This document shows, piece after piece, positions 49,110 to 62,897 of a stretch of DNA of 64,000 nt. A program made the position numbers and the translations under genes. How positions within the stretch are numbered: position 1 is the first letter of the stretch; every line of letters begins with the position of its first letter. This DNA is from Paraspadella gotoi (taxonomy: Eukaryota > Animalia > Chaetognatha), in contig CM119264.1 in NCBI GenBank assembly GCA_051294375.1, forward strand, positions 8,257,523 through 8,321,522. The letters are read 5' to 3'. The notes beneath the pieces are model-generated. The model had not been told where the DNA came from and did no database searches. It saw nothing but the letters and a program-made list of their open reading frames with translations.

Positions 49110-50030
49110 TTTTAATAATCCTAAACTTAGTTCGCGATTATAATTTAGGAGCAAATTGACGCTATATTCGGCGTACACTAATATTATTAACGAAGGGTTA
49201 TCGAAGAATTTTTATAGTTTTAATTCTAATCTCGAACTACAGGTCTGTCGAACATGTGTGGTCTTCGGTAAAGACTGAACCTTCCCAGTATCGAGATAAT
49301 AAAATGTTAATCTTTCACGTATTCGTCGTAACTTATAGGGCACGGTATGTAGTATTAAAGAAATGTGAAACTAAAGTATAATAAGCTCTTGATAATTTCC
49401 ATTTGTAAAAGTTTAAGTTTTGAATGCCGTTTTTTTCCGGGCTTTTTACTCCGTCCAAACTCAAAGAGATCGATTCCAAATCGAAATGGTTAAAATTCAA
49501 ACAGAGATTTGGCGATGTCCCGGAGAAACTGACTTTGTTTACGCGGATTATTACCGTCTCTGGACGATTAGTTTTTGATAAAATTAAATTTTCTATATAG
49601 GACGCTCTTATGACCGCTAGGGTATTACAGTGGGGTCGAACCATAGAAAACCGGGTAGGCATCATTATTCCTCCTTTTCGGTTATTTTTTTCTCAATGTT
49701 GAGCTTTAAAGATGGTAACATAATAATTTTTAATTGAGGCAATGCAAAGACTTACTGCTGCATGCAAATATATTATTAATTAAAATTTTTTTTAAAATGT
49801 TGAATTATGAAAAAAAATACCTGTTTCCTTCGAAATGGTGTCAGCAATTTCATATAAATTGTACAATTATAATTTCAATTCGTGAGAATTTTTGATTGCC
49901 TGAATTCTAAGGTTAAGGAATGAATTTCCCACTAAAAATTATTGATCCCGTCCTGAAGTTTCGCATCCCTCGCACCCTATGGCACGATAGGGTGCTTTGA
50001 TATATAGATCATCAGGTCCAAATATGAAGA
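49110..50030 (-). CDS. Polinton-type major capsid protein (double jelly-roll), C-terminal half, frameshifted
   Basis: ENLILSKTNRPETVII..VSFSG...LNFNHFDLESISLSLDG...P...F...RAYYTL and terminal SRLEL...LIILVYAEYSVNLLLNYNRE follow the Polinton PY/MCP pattern (NPFNFxHF, IVYAEF). Candidate intron at about 49758-49820. Confidence 0.6.
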
Positions 50031-53000
50031 CCTTATATTATGAGTGTCCCTGATAGGGCTTAATCCGTCGTCTGCGTTTGTCGTTGCTTGTCCTGTCCTC
50101 GCCGGGAATTTGTTTTACTAGATTTTTTAATTGCTTATGATAAAAGTAAAATAATTACAATCAAAACGATTAAGGCGTTTGATGTTGCTATTAATCTTTT
50201 CATGTTATTCCCGACGAGGCGTCAGGTAGGCGGGTGTTCTTGTGCACCAAAGGAGGCCTTCGTCGGAGGCGGAAACGCCAATGACAAGAATGGGGAGGAC
50301 GAGGACAACGACCACGAAGACAAGGACAACGACCACGAAGACAAGGACAACGAAGACAAGGACAACGGCGACTCCGGCTCCTCAACGGCAGAAGTAAGCT
50401 AACTCATAACTAAGTATGTGTATTAGAAGAATATTTATCTAATACTTAAAGAGAGAGGATTTCACGTCGACGCCGAGGTCATCTCACCAAAACCCTACAA
50501 CGCGAAGGCTACCGCACTTCCCCACGTTATCCTGCAATCAACAGCCAAGATTTTTAACGCCGCCGCGACAAGCGATCGCACCAACTGGTGCCGGTTCGCA
50601 AGCGGCGGCGGACGGCGAAAACACAAAGTGGGGCTGGAGCCTCTTTGTCCACCCAGCATACAGGATAAGCCGGTAAGCGCGGTTGGATCTGTATGCGAGG
50701 AAGACAGTGGCGCAGTCACTTGGCTCGTTTACTGCGCTGAGACTCGCAAGTGGCGAGGCAAGAGCAAATCAATTTAAAACCACAAAACGAAAAATTAAAA
50801 AGCAGAACTGGAGGAAAAGGAGGAAAAAACTGAAATACTTTCAAAAAAATGAAATTCGCTCCAGGAGGAATTAGACTTCCTGCCACGCGAAATCGAAAAT
50901 TATTGAAGATCGCGGTGGAGGTCGGGACACCTTCCTCTGGAAAGGATGAAATTAATAAAAACTTTATTTTAAGCGAACGGAGACAGAGTCTTCGTCGTTA
51001 AAAATGTGGCAAAATTGCATTTGCCACGTTCTGACTGGGGTCACGTGATTTTTACCTCCCGAGCCCCAGTGAGTCCCCCCCCATGTACATATATCCGTAG
51101 TTTATTTTTATTCGGCATCTCGTTATTGTTCGTCATTTTTCCGCTTTTTTAATGTTCACTTAATCCCCGGACCGCGATTCCGGCCAATTTTCTGCAGCCC
51201 TTTGTTCCCCACCTATCGCATGCCAATATCTCTACGCTATCGCTGCGCTTTAGCTTTTTGGCTCTTTTCTCGTCTATCTTTTCTGGATTCTCCGTTTTTC
51301 GTCGAATTTTTTCAAAATTTTTTATCCCGACCCACTTGATCCCCGTTTATTCCGCCGACCAAGTCCTCCGATTCTCTTCGATCCTTGTTTCCTAGCCAAT
51401 GCCAATTGTTATTTCTCTCCTTTAACGCGTTCTCTCGCTTTGTTTTTTTTCGCCTCGATTCTTCAAATGGAAGCCGGCACCCATTCATTTTGCTTATGTC
51501 AATGTGTTTAATATATATAAAGAAGAGATTATGTCAACAAAATCCGTCTCGCACTCCCGCCAGCATTGGCGACTACAAGCTGGCGGCCAGCCGAGGGCGT
51601 TCATCAAAAAAATCACACACCGGCTGCATCACATCACCACCGGCGAGCATTGGTCGCGGCAACATTATTACGGCGCGACACCCATCGCACCCACTTGGTG
51701 GGGTCGCGAAGGCGGCGGCGACCACGGGAAGCGACAAAGGGGGCTGGAGCCCGCTTTTGTCGGAAAAGCCAGCACCGGCAGATGCCACCGGTTCGGATCT
51801 ATATCGAAAGGACAGCTGACGCAGTTAACATGGCTCGTTACTGCGTCTTGAGCTCGCTACGCCGGAGACAAGAACAATTAAATTTGAAAGAACAAAGAAA
51901 AAATTGAAGGAAGAAAATCGATGAAAGAACAAAAAACTCGAACTTTTTAACAAAACGAAGAAAACGCCTCCAGGAGGAATTAGACTTCCTCCACGCAAAT
52001 CGAAGATAATCGAGATTGCGGTGGAGGATCGTGATATTATCGCTTGGAAAAGGAGGAATTTTTAAAAACATTTCCAGTTTTAGCGACGGAGAACCAAGTC
52101 TTCGTGTTAAAGAAGGTGGCAAATTGCATTGTGCACCTGTCGCTCACTGGGGTCAGTGATTTTGACACTTTCCCAACCCCAGTGAGTCCGCCACCCACAC
52201 CGCCCCCATTTCCACTTCTGCCCACCCCAAAAGATCGTTTAATTTTTTATTTGTCCTCTTTTTTTTTTATCCACTTATCCCGGAACCCGATTGCTCAATT
52301 TCCCCAGAACATTTTTGACTATGTCTCGTTCAATCCATCTGGGCATTCGTTATTGAATCTCGTTTCCACTACGGTAATTACAAGCGAAAACCACTTCTGA
52401 TTACATTTCGTAAAGGCGTAATAAATGTGCGATTCTTGTTCGGCTCAACAGATATTTCTACTCCGCAGAACTTTAACATGACGGCGAAGCTAAAAATGTG
52501 TAAACGTAATGATAAGCTTAAGTAACGCATCTAGGTAAATATTCCATGTATCTTACCTCCATGGGATGGTTAATGTCAGATAGTAACGAAAGGATTATTT
52601 CATAATATCCGTGACAAAGTTGTCTGAACGCATCATAAGTGACATTATATGAGAACATCCATGATGCAATATATGGCCAATAGCTGACGCCAGGCATTGT
52701 GTTTTAAAGTAGAGTAAATCTTTTTAGTATGTTGTAATCCTCTTCGGTTATGCCTTTTTTATTCACTTCGTCCGTAAAATGCTAATTTGCCCAAGGAAGA
52801 GTCCGGTTCTCTCAATCTTTCCATGCGTAAGTAGGCAATAGGGAAATGACATCTTTCCGTCGATAATTAAATCGAAATATTTCTCATCGTAATGTTTTCT
52901 TAAAAAATTGAAAACTGGTTCGAACACCTCTTTATGATTTTTTTTATCTCGACAACCTTTCGCAAAAGTGCCTCTCCTTCGGTCTGCATCGTCGTAGAGA

Positions 53001-56000
53001 CAATCTTACAATTAAAACTCGTAACAATCTTTTTTACTAGCCTTAAAAAGATTGTGTAAACTCCATGAGAAATCGATAACTGTCGCTGTAGGTTTAAATT
53101 TTACATATTTTGTAACAAGTAAATTCAATTTATTGCATATTTTCTGCTTTCCGCGATCAAGTTTTCCTCCAGCGTCGCGCGCCTTCGTCCTTCTCATGTC
53201 ACTATCGGATACATATACATTTACATTTAGATTAAATATTTTATATTTATTAACGCCGGTCCCCTACGCATAAACCCTAAATAGTATAATATTTAATCTA
53301 ATTGCAAAAACTGTGATGCGAACGGCCAATGATGAACAAGCGATGGGGAAGACGAGGACACGAGCGAAGACAAGTCCGGCCAACGACCACGAGACAAGGA
53401 CAACCGGCGACAATAGCGAGACGCACATTCCCAGGACCTCCGCTCCTCAACGGCAGAAGTAAGGTTAACTCATAACTAGTTAAGTGTATTAGAGAATATT
53501 TGTATCTAATACTTTGAAAAACAAACTATCTACATGAGGCTTGGAAATCAACCACGCAAATGTGGTTTGCAATTATTTACCACGGGATGCTGATTCAGTA
53601 GACGTAGTGGTATCAGTTGTCATATTTTCGTTTTTTACTAACAATTCTTTTTTTATTTANNNNNNNNNNNNNNNNNNNNNNNNNTTTATGTCAGCGCGTT
53701 TTATTCGGATCCGTCGCCTTCGTCATCGTCATCGGCGCCGTCTCCGACATCGTCGTCTCCTTTGTAAGAATTTACTCTATTTTTTTATGTGTACAAGAGT
53801 ACAATTAAATTATTTTTTAATTGATTCTAAATACAATTATACTTTTGTTTCTCTAGAAACGGGACGGCGAAGGCGGAGGCGGCGATGAAACCGGAGGCGG
53901 GAGCGGCGGAGATGGATAATTCGATTAAGTAAGTTCATCGAGTTTGTTGTGTAAAGTTTACTGGGTTAAAAATAAGTATAAACGCATCATGCGAGATGAT
54001 AATGATTTTTCTCATTTCTCCTTAACCTCATTCCTCAATTATTTTTTCTTCATTCCCTACCCATACTCCTCTTTACTCTCTNNNNNNNNNNNNNNNNNNN
54101 NNNNNNGCGCCAAACTAAGCCAATGGATGATGGGGTCTTTTTCCATTTTTGCTTATATAGTTTTTGGTATGAGGGAAAAAAAGATTTCGAAAATTATATT
54201 TAATAGATTTAGACTAGGAAATTAGATTCGAAAGTACATAACAAAATAAAATTAAACTAGCGCGCGTAGTACCACAAAATTTATGAGGTTTAGTTTATTT
54301 CATCACTTGTTCAAGATATTCTTTTAAGCATCGTAATTTCGAGCGCTAAATAATACGAATATGCTATGCCCAATGAAGGGTCCGCAAGCTAGCCGCAAAC
54401 ATCATTTTTTGTAAACAAAAAATCGTTAAGTAAAAAATTTTCATTCAAAATTTTTTTTTTCTTTTTTACTTTTTTCAAGAGTTTCGCAAGTAGGATGGAA
54501 GCGATAAGGGATGGAAGTGGGTTCCGTAAGAGAATCAAAAAAGTTTTTGAGAGACCCCTCTTTCTTTTAAAAAAAATGCCGACCACATTGATGGGGAAAT
54601 GGCACAAATACAGCGAGCAACCATTGATCGCCTCTTCGTTTGAGGCACATCCCCAATTTGTGGCTCATGAAAATCGGAGAAAAAAAAAGAAAGAAAAAAT
54701 GGGAATAGGTTACAGGGGGGTGGGGGCGGGTCGGGGCGGGGGGATCGGCCCCTTGGGTGGAGATAGATGCTGTGGAGTAAAACAAAATTTAAAGTTTAAC
54801 GAGAGTTAAAACTTGAGAAAAAACGGAGAATGGAAAAAAGCGACAAGGAAAGAGCAAAAACGTAAAGCCATAGAGAGCGAATAGAGTGTACAGCATCTAT
54901 CTCCAAGCGGGAGTCGGGAGCGGCGCCGCTGTCTTCCTCCTCTTCTTCGTCCTCCTCGTCACCCTCAAAGTGGCGAAGCGGCGGCGGNNNNNNNNNNNNN
55001 NNNNNNNNNNNNNNNNNNNNNNNNNNNNNNNNNNNNNNNNNNNNNNNNNNNNNNNNNNNNNNNNNNNNNNNNNNNNNNNNNNNNNNNNNNNNNNNNNNNN
55101 NNNNNNNNNNNNNNNNNNNNNNNNNNNNNNNNNNNNNNNNNNNNNNNNNNNNNNNNNNNNNNNNNNNNNNNNNNNNNNNNNNNNNNNNNNNNNNNNNNNN
55201 NNNNNNNNNNNNNNNNNNNNNNNNNNNNNNNNNNNNNNNNNNNNNNNNNNNNNNNNNNNNNNNNNNNNNNNNNNNNNNNNNNNNNNNNNNNNNNNNNNNN
55301 NNNNNNNNNTCGAGGAGGAAGAGGGTGGGGAGGATGAGGTTTGGGCGGCGGATTGGGTTTAGGGTTAGAAGGGGTTTTTTTATTTTATTTTACTTTTGTT
55401 TAAGGGGTAGAGGGGATAAGATTAAAATAAGAGGGGGTTTTTTTTATTTTAGTTAGTTTTTCTATTTATCCAAGATCCAGTATTTATCCAATTATTTATC
55501 CAAGAAATAAATATTTAGCAAATTTGCAGACATTAAAGATCTAATGATCGAAAAAAACAAAACAAGATTCTAGAATGATTTTTAACAAAGGGAAATAAAA
55601 TTATTATTTGATTAAAACGGATTAAATAAATTACCTGATAAATTTACCATCAATTGGAAAGCTTTGAAAAGTAAGAAAGTGAGAAGAAAGTAAGAAAAGT
55701 ATTACTTCATCAAATTAATAACATCTTGTAATTGTTGGAGTAATATTTTTTTTACTTTCTTGACCGACCAAGTAGTATTTACCACGAGGTATCATGTTAT
55801 ATCCACATTTTTCTCTCGAAATGAGTTTTTTTGAATACCACCATTACTTTTTTTTTTTTTAATAGTTAATGCCATTCCCTTTCCCTCTTACCTCTTTCCA
55901 CTTTCCTTATTCCTTATTGCTGAAGCTGAAAACAATTGCTCTCTGATCGTTTTTTCTCAATTTTAAATATACATTTACATTTAGATTAAATATTTTATAT

Positions 56001-57443
56001 TTATTAACTGTCCCCTAACCCTAACCCTAAATATATAATTTTTAATCTAATTGTAAATGTATATGTATATATGTATATATATTTATACAGGGTAGAGCAC
56101 AAATGTTCTTTTATTTTTGTTTATTTGCGTATTTTCGAATTAAAAAGCGTTGTTGTTGTTGAGCACATTTTCTCTAAAATTTTGTGTCTTATTAGTCTTA
56201 GTATAGCATAACAAATTTCTGATGTTCTTTTGCTTTTTCTTTTTGCGTTGTATTTTTTCTTTTTGCATTGTATTTTTTTTTTCATTGTATTTTTCTTTTT
56301 TGCATTGTATTTTTCTTTTTTGCACGGACACATTCTTCTCTTAATTTTTCATTATTCTTGCGAGATAATGTTTTACATCTCATATTATGTCTGCAAGAAT
56401 ATTGAAAAATTAAACATTTTCTTTATCTACTTGAAAATATTTACCCAGAATATTGAATATTGTTTTTACATGTCATATTTACCCAAGATTATTGCAAATT
56501 GTTTTTACATGTCATATTTACCCAAGATTATTGCAAATTGTTTTTTACATGTTATATTTACCCAAGAATTATTTTTTACATGTTATATGTTTTGCGCGCA
56601 AAAATTGTTCATCCAGCCCTTATTTTTAATTTTGTTTTAGTTTTTATTTTAATTTTAAGAATGGGCTTTTTTTTAGTTTTTTTAATAATTAAGTTTTTTA
56701 AAGTTTTTTGTTTTAAAATAAAGATTTCAAATTGTCTTTTTAAAAAGATAGATGGTGACGAGTATAGAATAAGTTCAAACAAAAGATCTTGAGAAAGAAC
56801 CTCATTAATATTTGGGAGAGAGTGAGGTAATTCATATGCATATCAATGAAACTGTCATAGAACTCTCCGTACCTTTTATGACCTGTCATAGACACATCAT
56901 ATTCTCATCTCTGACAGTTGATACAAACGTTCANNNNNNNNNNNNNNNNNNNNNNNNNNNNNNNNNNNNNNNNNNNNNNNNNNNNNNNNNNNNNNNNNNN
57001 NNNNNNNNNNNNNNNNNNNNNNNNNNNNNNNNNAAAGATTTCAGGTTTCAGTTTAGATTCAAGTGGCCACATTCTTACGGAAATTCTCCTTTGCTTAATC
57101 CTCACTTTGCGAAATACTTGAAAAAAGAAAAAGAAAAAAAAAAAATTTTTGATTGAAATTTGTATAACGATTTTTTGGTTTACAAAATGATTTTCGGCGG
57201 TACTTGCGCACCTCATTGCATCATATTCGCATTATTTAGCGCTCGAAATATGATCTTAAAGATATCTTAGAAAAAGTGTACTGAATAAACGAACCTCATA
57301 ATTTGTGGTACTACTGTACGCCCGCTAGGGTTTATTATCTGGTTCAGTACTCTCTCACCAAACCTCCAATCCCTACTCCCCTCTCCTACATAACATCTCC
57401 GGACACTCTTTTTTTTTCCCTAATCAGAAACTATATAAGCAAA

Positions 57444-58270
57444 ATGGAAAAAGACCACGATCCATTTTGCTTATGTAAAATTTGTATTTTCTTCAAACAG
57501 AAAATATGTTGAAGAAAAACCGACCTCTTCGCTCCCGCCAGCACTCGAGAGCAAAAGCTGGCGGCCGCCGAGGTCAATCTTCACGCCACTCCCTACGCCG
57601 AGGTCAATCCTCAACCCAAACCCTACGCCGAGGTCAATCCTCACGCCAAAGCCTACGCCGAGATCAATCTTCACACCAAACCCTACCCCACTCCCCACGT
57701 CACCCTCAATCGGCCCAAGATTTTTTACGCCGCCGCGACAACCGATCGCACCAACTTGGTGCCGGTCGCAAGCGGCGGCGGACGCGAAGACAAAGGGGGC
57801 TGGAGCCCCTTTTGTCACCCCAAGGTCCACAGATCCAACCGGTAACCCGGTTGGATCTCTATCGAAAAACACTGACGCAGTAACGTCTTCGTTACTGCGT
57901 CTTAGACTCGCAAGTGCGAGACAGGAGCAAAATTATCTCCGAACTCAAAACTCAAACTTAAAAAGGAAATAAACGAAAAAGAGGAAAAACTAAGATTTTT
58001 CAAAGACCATGAGAAATCTCTCCAGGAGGATTTAGACTTCCTCCACCGCAAATCAAAGATTATCGAGATTGCGGTGGAGGATCGGGACACCTTCCTGGAA
58101 AAGGATGAAATGTTAAAAACTTTTAAATTTAGCGACGGAGACAGAGTCTTCGTCGTTAAAAAAAGGTGGCAAAATTGCATTTGCCACCTTCCTCACTGGG
58201 CTCAGTGATTTCGACCTCCCGATCCCAGTGAGCCCCCCCCCCGTCCCTTCCACCCCCCCTCCCCCCTGTA
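57444..58270 (+). CDS. Small intron-containing element gene with 10-aa repeats and a coiled coil (paralogs/copies at ~46700-47470, ~47810-48559, ~50460-52250)
   Basis: TATA (aaactatataagc) just upstream; MEKDHDPFCL then a gt...cag intron; repeats YAEVNPQPKP (30-bp units at 57566-57690); SLLRLRLA.ARQEQ...LQEELDFLHRKSKIIEIAVEDRD recoverable across frameshifts. 3' end approximate. Confidence 0.45.
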
Positions 58271-58840
58271 CATATATTCGTAGTTTAATTTTTATTCGCA
58301 TCATTTTTCCTCGTTATTCTATTTCCCTTTTTTGATCCCCACTTATCCCCGACCCGATTCCCCAATTTTCTCACCCTCGTTCCCCACCTATCCCCGCATG
58401 CATTATCTCTTACCTATCGCTCGCTTAACGCTTTTTGCTCTTTTCTTGTCTATCCTTTTTGATTCTCCGTTTTTTCATTTTTCAAAATTTTTATCTCCAA
58501 CTTTGATCCCCGTTTATCCCCGACCAAGTTCTCCGATTCTCTCATCCTGGTTTCCTACCAATCCCCAATTGTATTCTCTCTTTACCGTTTATCGCTTTGT
58601 TTTTTTTCCTCGATTATTCCCCTTCCTTCTCGATTCTCCGCTATTCCGATTTTCCCCCCCCCACTACGGTTTTTAAAAAAAAAAATTTTTTTTCCACTAA
58701 AGTTTTAAAAAATGTTGTTTTTTTTTCCCCTTCGAAAACTATATAAGCGTCTAATCTTTTGTAAATATTTCATTATCTCAGATTCGAAAAAGACAAATCG
58801 ATAATCTGAAGAGAGACACGACCAACAAAAAAAAAACACG

Positions 58841-59452
58841 ATGTTCAGCGATGGGACATTTCATTTGTCCGAAAAATGTCGCATAAATTTAATAAACTCG
58901 TTATATTCTTACTTCGTGATTGTTGCCAAGGGAGGTGCGTCGTGCGCCTGTTCTCGAATCTCTCTGTCGTTGGGGGAGTGGCGTAGTCTCGCGTCGGCGT
59001 TGGACAACCTGGAGGCGGAATTGGAATCGTTAGAGAATCGATTAAAGAAACCAGAACTCGGGCTGGAACCGAAAATTCGTTTTCTCTCTCATCAAATCTC
59101 CATCGCTGTTCACGTGAATAACGTTCGCGGCAAACTGTCGCCGGTCGTTTCTCTCTGCTTTCTCGATCAAGAAGGAGCCAAGGGCGCCTGCAGAACGCAA
59201 GATTCTGGCGTTTCTCTGACTCCGAGCGAATTTCGTGCCTTGAAATTCCTCTCTAGTTCGATCACTCGTCACATTTCGGAAAACGCGATTCGAACCTTCG
59301 TGGTGCGATCGGAAAACCGCAAGAACGTGGTCTCGGACATTTTGCAGATTCTCGAGTCGTTCGTCGAAGGCAAGTCGTCCTTCGGCTTGCGACTGAATCT
59401 GGCTCTCATTAATCAGCTCGAAGAGAATGATCCCAAAGTAGATGCAGATTGA
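58841..59452 (+). CDS. 203-aa protein with two PC4-like (ssDNA-binding) repeats
   Basis: Clean ATG-to-stop ORF downstream of TATA (58734-58748); motifs RISLSLGEWRSL and SGVSLTPSEFRAL resemble the PC4 GISL...W signature; lies directly upstream of PolB. Confidence 0.6.
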   Translation: MFSDGTFHLSEKCRINLINSLYSYFVIVAKGGASCACSRISLSLGEWRSLASALDNLEAELESLENRLKKPELGLEPKIRFLSHQISIAVHVNNVRGKLSPVVSLCFLDQEGAKGACRTQDSGVSLTPSEFRALKFLSSSITRHISENAIRTFVVRSENRKNVVSDILQILESFVEGKSSFGLRLNLALINQLEENDPKVDAD

Positions 59453-59517
59453 CTTTCGTCTGTATGAATACGGAATATAACTGAGAATATTGCATAATTT
59501 CACAAGAAAAGATCCTG

Positions 59518-62500
59518 ATGCCATCGCTGAAATCAGAATCTCATACGAAAGACATTTTCGCCTATCATCGCTATTATGCAAATGGGTTTTTTTGCATACG
59601 ACCAACATCTTCGTCTATCCATAGGATTTTTTTTTTGCATATGACACGGATCACTGCTTTTTTCAGCNNNNNNNNNNNNNNNNNNNNNNNNNNNNNNNNN
59701 NNNNNNNNNNNNNNNNNNNNNNNNNNNNNNNNNNNNNNNNNNNNNNNNNNNNNNNNNNNNNNNNNNNAAGATGAAAATGATGAAATAACCATAATAGGGT
59801 TTTTTTTTGATCAAATATCGAGGGTTCTTCACGAATCTTCCAACATATCGGAAATTTTGGACGAATGTTTCGGTAGATTGATAATTGAAATCGAGGACAA
59901 GACGACCACCGGTTCGAATCTCGTTTTTTTAGAAATAGAAAAGACAGATTTGACCATTTTAAAGATTAGTTCGGCCTTTAACGTGGGTTGTTATCAAAGT
60001 TCGGAACCGGAACTGAGATCAAAACGCGCCACCATCAATTTACCCTCGACAAAGACCCAAGATGATTGCGTCAAAATGTCAATTTTGGCTTGTTTATTTC
60101 ACACCGTAGTGATAAACCCGAGCAGGCGGTCTTGCTACGAACGATATATCGAGAAAATAAATATGGGAACCTTGAAAAATCCGTTGACGATAAATGATAT
60201 TTCGACTTTGGAAACCCTAAACCCAGATTTGAGCATTAACATTTACCAATATACTAGGAAAAAAACAAAAATGAAAAAAAATGGTCCCGCCTCATTTTTT
60301 TTCCATTTAGAATTTCGGGGAAAAATAATTTACAGGGAATAAAAATATGCAATTTGCTCTTGTTACCCAAAAAAGAAATGGAGGAAAGGCGACATTGCGT
60401 TAGCGTGATCAATTTAAGTAGACTCGTGACGTCACAATACTCTCGTCACAAAGGATCTGCTTTCGTTTGTTTAAATTGTCTTTGTTGTTGTCGATCTCAG
60501 TTTGTTTTGGAGAGACATAGGAGACTTTGCGATGAGAAGAATATCAAACAAAATATTTGTTTTCCTCTCAAAGGAACTAAATTAAAGTTTGAAAAATACT
60601 ATGCCAAATTTTACCAGGATGCGGTTATTTATGCAGATTTTGAAACTCAGACGGAAAGGAGAAATTTCGTCGAACCTCTTCCAGATCCGGAATTAACCTT
60701 TGTTCCGGAAAAAATAAAAACAAAATATCCTTGGTGTCGCTTAAAGAGCCATTTGAATCATTTAGAAAAAAATAAAGGATGTAAAAGTTGCTCATTCGCT
60801 AAGCCATGCGTTAAAATATCTAAAAATAGTGAAATATTGGCCGAATTAAAACCCATAGCCTTTTGTTACATAGTTTCTACCACTTTCGATCATCCCGATT
60901 ACGATATTCCTAAATATTACGTGGGATTAGATGCGGGAATAAAATTCGTAGAAATGATTCGCGAAGAGATGATTAGATTAAACGAGATTCTCAATAAAAA
61001 CGAAAATATGATCATGACGGAGCAGCAAGAATTTGAGTTTCAAAACTCTACTCATTGTCACGTTTGCGGAAAACCGTTTTTAAAAGGAAATGACAAGTCG
61101 GAAATGATTAAAACTAGGGATCATAATCATATTACCGGGTTGTATAGGGGTAGTGCTCATCAAGCTTGCAACCTGGCTTACGTGAACCCGAATCGCATCT
61201 CTTTGTTATTTCACAATACCCAAAAGTTCGATGGTCATTTATTGCTAACTTCTATAGCCGAAAAAAATGCCAATTATGCCGTAAAGACCATAGCTAATTG
61301 CATTCCTAAAAGCACTCAAGAGTTTATTACTTTCGAAATCATTTTCAATTGTGATTTTTGTAAAGATAAGAAAGCGAAGGGAAAAGATCCCGAATCGAGC
61401 GACGAGAGTTCGAGCGACGATGACGACGACGATAGCGATGATAGCGACGATGAGAAAGACGAAGGCGGTGAGCTGGAAAGGAAAACTTGATCGCGGAAAG
61501 AGAAAATATGAATAAATTGAATTGTACTTGTTACAAAATATGTAAAATTAAACTACAGGACAGTTATCGATTTCTCATCGGAGTTTACACAATCTTTTAA
61601 TGGCTAGTAAAAAGATTGTTACAGTTTAATTGTAAAGATTGTCTCTACGACGATGAACGAAGAGAGGCACTTTTGCGAAAGGTGTCGAGAAAAAAAAATC
61701 CTAAAGAGGTGTTCGAACCAGTTTTCAATTTTTTGAGAGAAAATTACGATGAGAAATATTTCGATTTAATTATCGACGGAAAGATGTCATTTCCCTATTC
61801 CTACATTACGATGAAAGATTGAGAGAACCGGACCTTCCTTGCAAATTAGCATTTTACGACGAATTGAATAAAAAAGGCATAACCGAAGAGGATTACGAAC
61901 ATACTAAAAAGATTTATCTACTTTAAAACTCAATGCTTGGGTCAGCTATTGGCCGTATATTGCATCATGGATGTTCTCATATTAATGTCGCTTATGGATG
62001 CGTTCAGACAACTTTGTCACGGATATTACGAAATAGATCCTTTGTACTATCTGACATTACCATCCATGAGGTAAAATACACGAATATTTTTACTGGATCG
62101 TACTTACTTAACTTATCATACTTTACTACTTTTTAGCTTCGCCGTCATGTTAAAGTTTTCGGGAGTAGAAATATCTCTGTTGAGCGAACAAGAATCGCAC
62201 ATTTATTACGCCTTTACGAAATGTATCAGAGGTGGTTTTTCGGGTTGTAATTACCGTAGTGGAAACCGCGATCAATAACGAATGCGGAGGAATTGACGAA
62301 GAATAGTCAAAAATGTTCGTTCAATTTATATTACGATTTTACAAACTTGTAAGTAATGATCCGAGCTCAAAACCGTAATAATAATAATAATAAAATAAAA
62401 AATATAAATACAGATACGGTTATTGTCAAACCGAATATTTTCCCACGGGCGACTTCTATTCCTTTTCCGAACCGGAGTGCCAAAACTTGTTGACCGAGAT

Positions 62501-62887
62501 TTTGGAAAAGCGAATTTATGACACGTGGACAGGTTTCGAAAAAAAAGGGTAAGCGTTCTTCGATGAAATATTGTTTTTAAGTTTTTAACCTTTTCTCTCG
62601 ATTTTCTTTCTTTCGTTTGTGTTTTATTTTTTTCTTCTTACAGATTTATATTAGAAATTAAATATACTATTCCGGAGAAAGTAAAGATATTTTATAGCGA
62701 TTATCCTTTATTAACTACTAAGAGAAAAGTTTTAAAGTCGGAACTGAGTTTTTTACAATTAGAACTGATTGAAAAATATAAACAAAATATCGACGCATCT
62801 CCCAGACTGATTGCCGATTTATCGGACGGAGATCATTACTTTATACATTATATGAATCTTAAATTAGTTTTAAGCTTAGGATACGAA
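59518..62887 (+). CDS. Polinton-type protein-primed DNA polymerase B, intron-containing, frameshifted and cut at an N-gap
   Basis: N-terminal SKRATINL...SILACL...LNPDLSINIY; C2H2 finger CLNC...HRRLC; ExoI VIYADFE; endonuclease-VII-like CHVC...RDHNHITGLYRGSAHQACNL; ExoII FHNTQKFDGH; FPYSYI; after splicing YEIDPLYYLTLPSMSFAVMLK, CIRGGFS, YYDFTNLYG (motif A) and GFILE...SDYPL. True start uncertain. Confidence 0.9.
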
Positions 62888-62897
62888 NNNNNNNNNN

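Noticed and set aside
56013-56032. TTAGGG-like repeats here and at about 43545, 44190 and 55356, suggesting telomere targeting
   Set aside because: Only 2-3 degenerate units inside AT-rich intron-like sequence; too weak to support.
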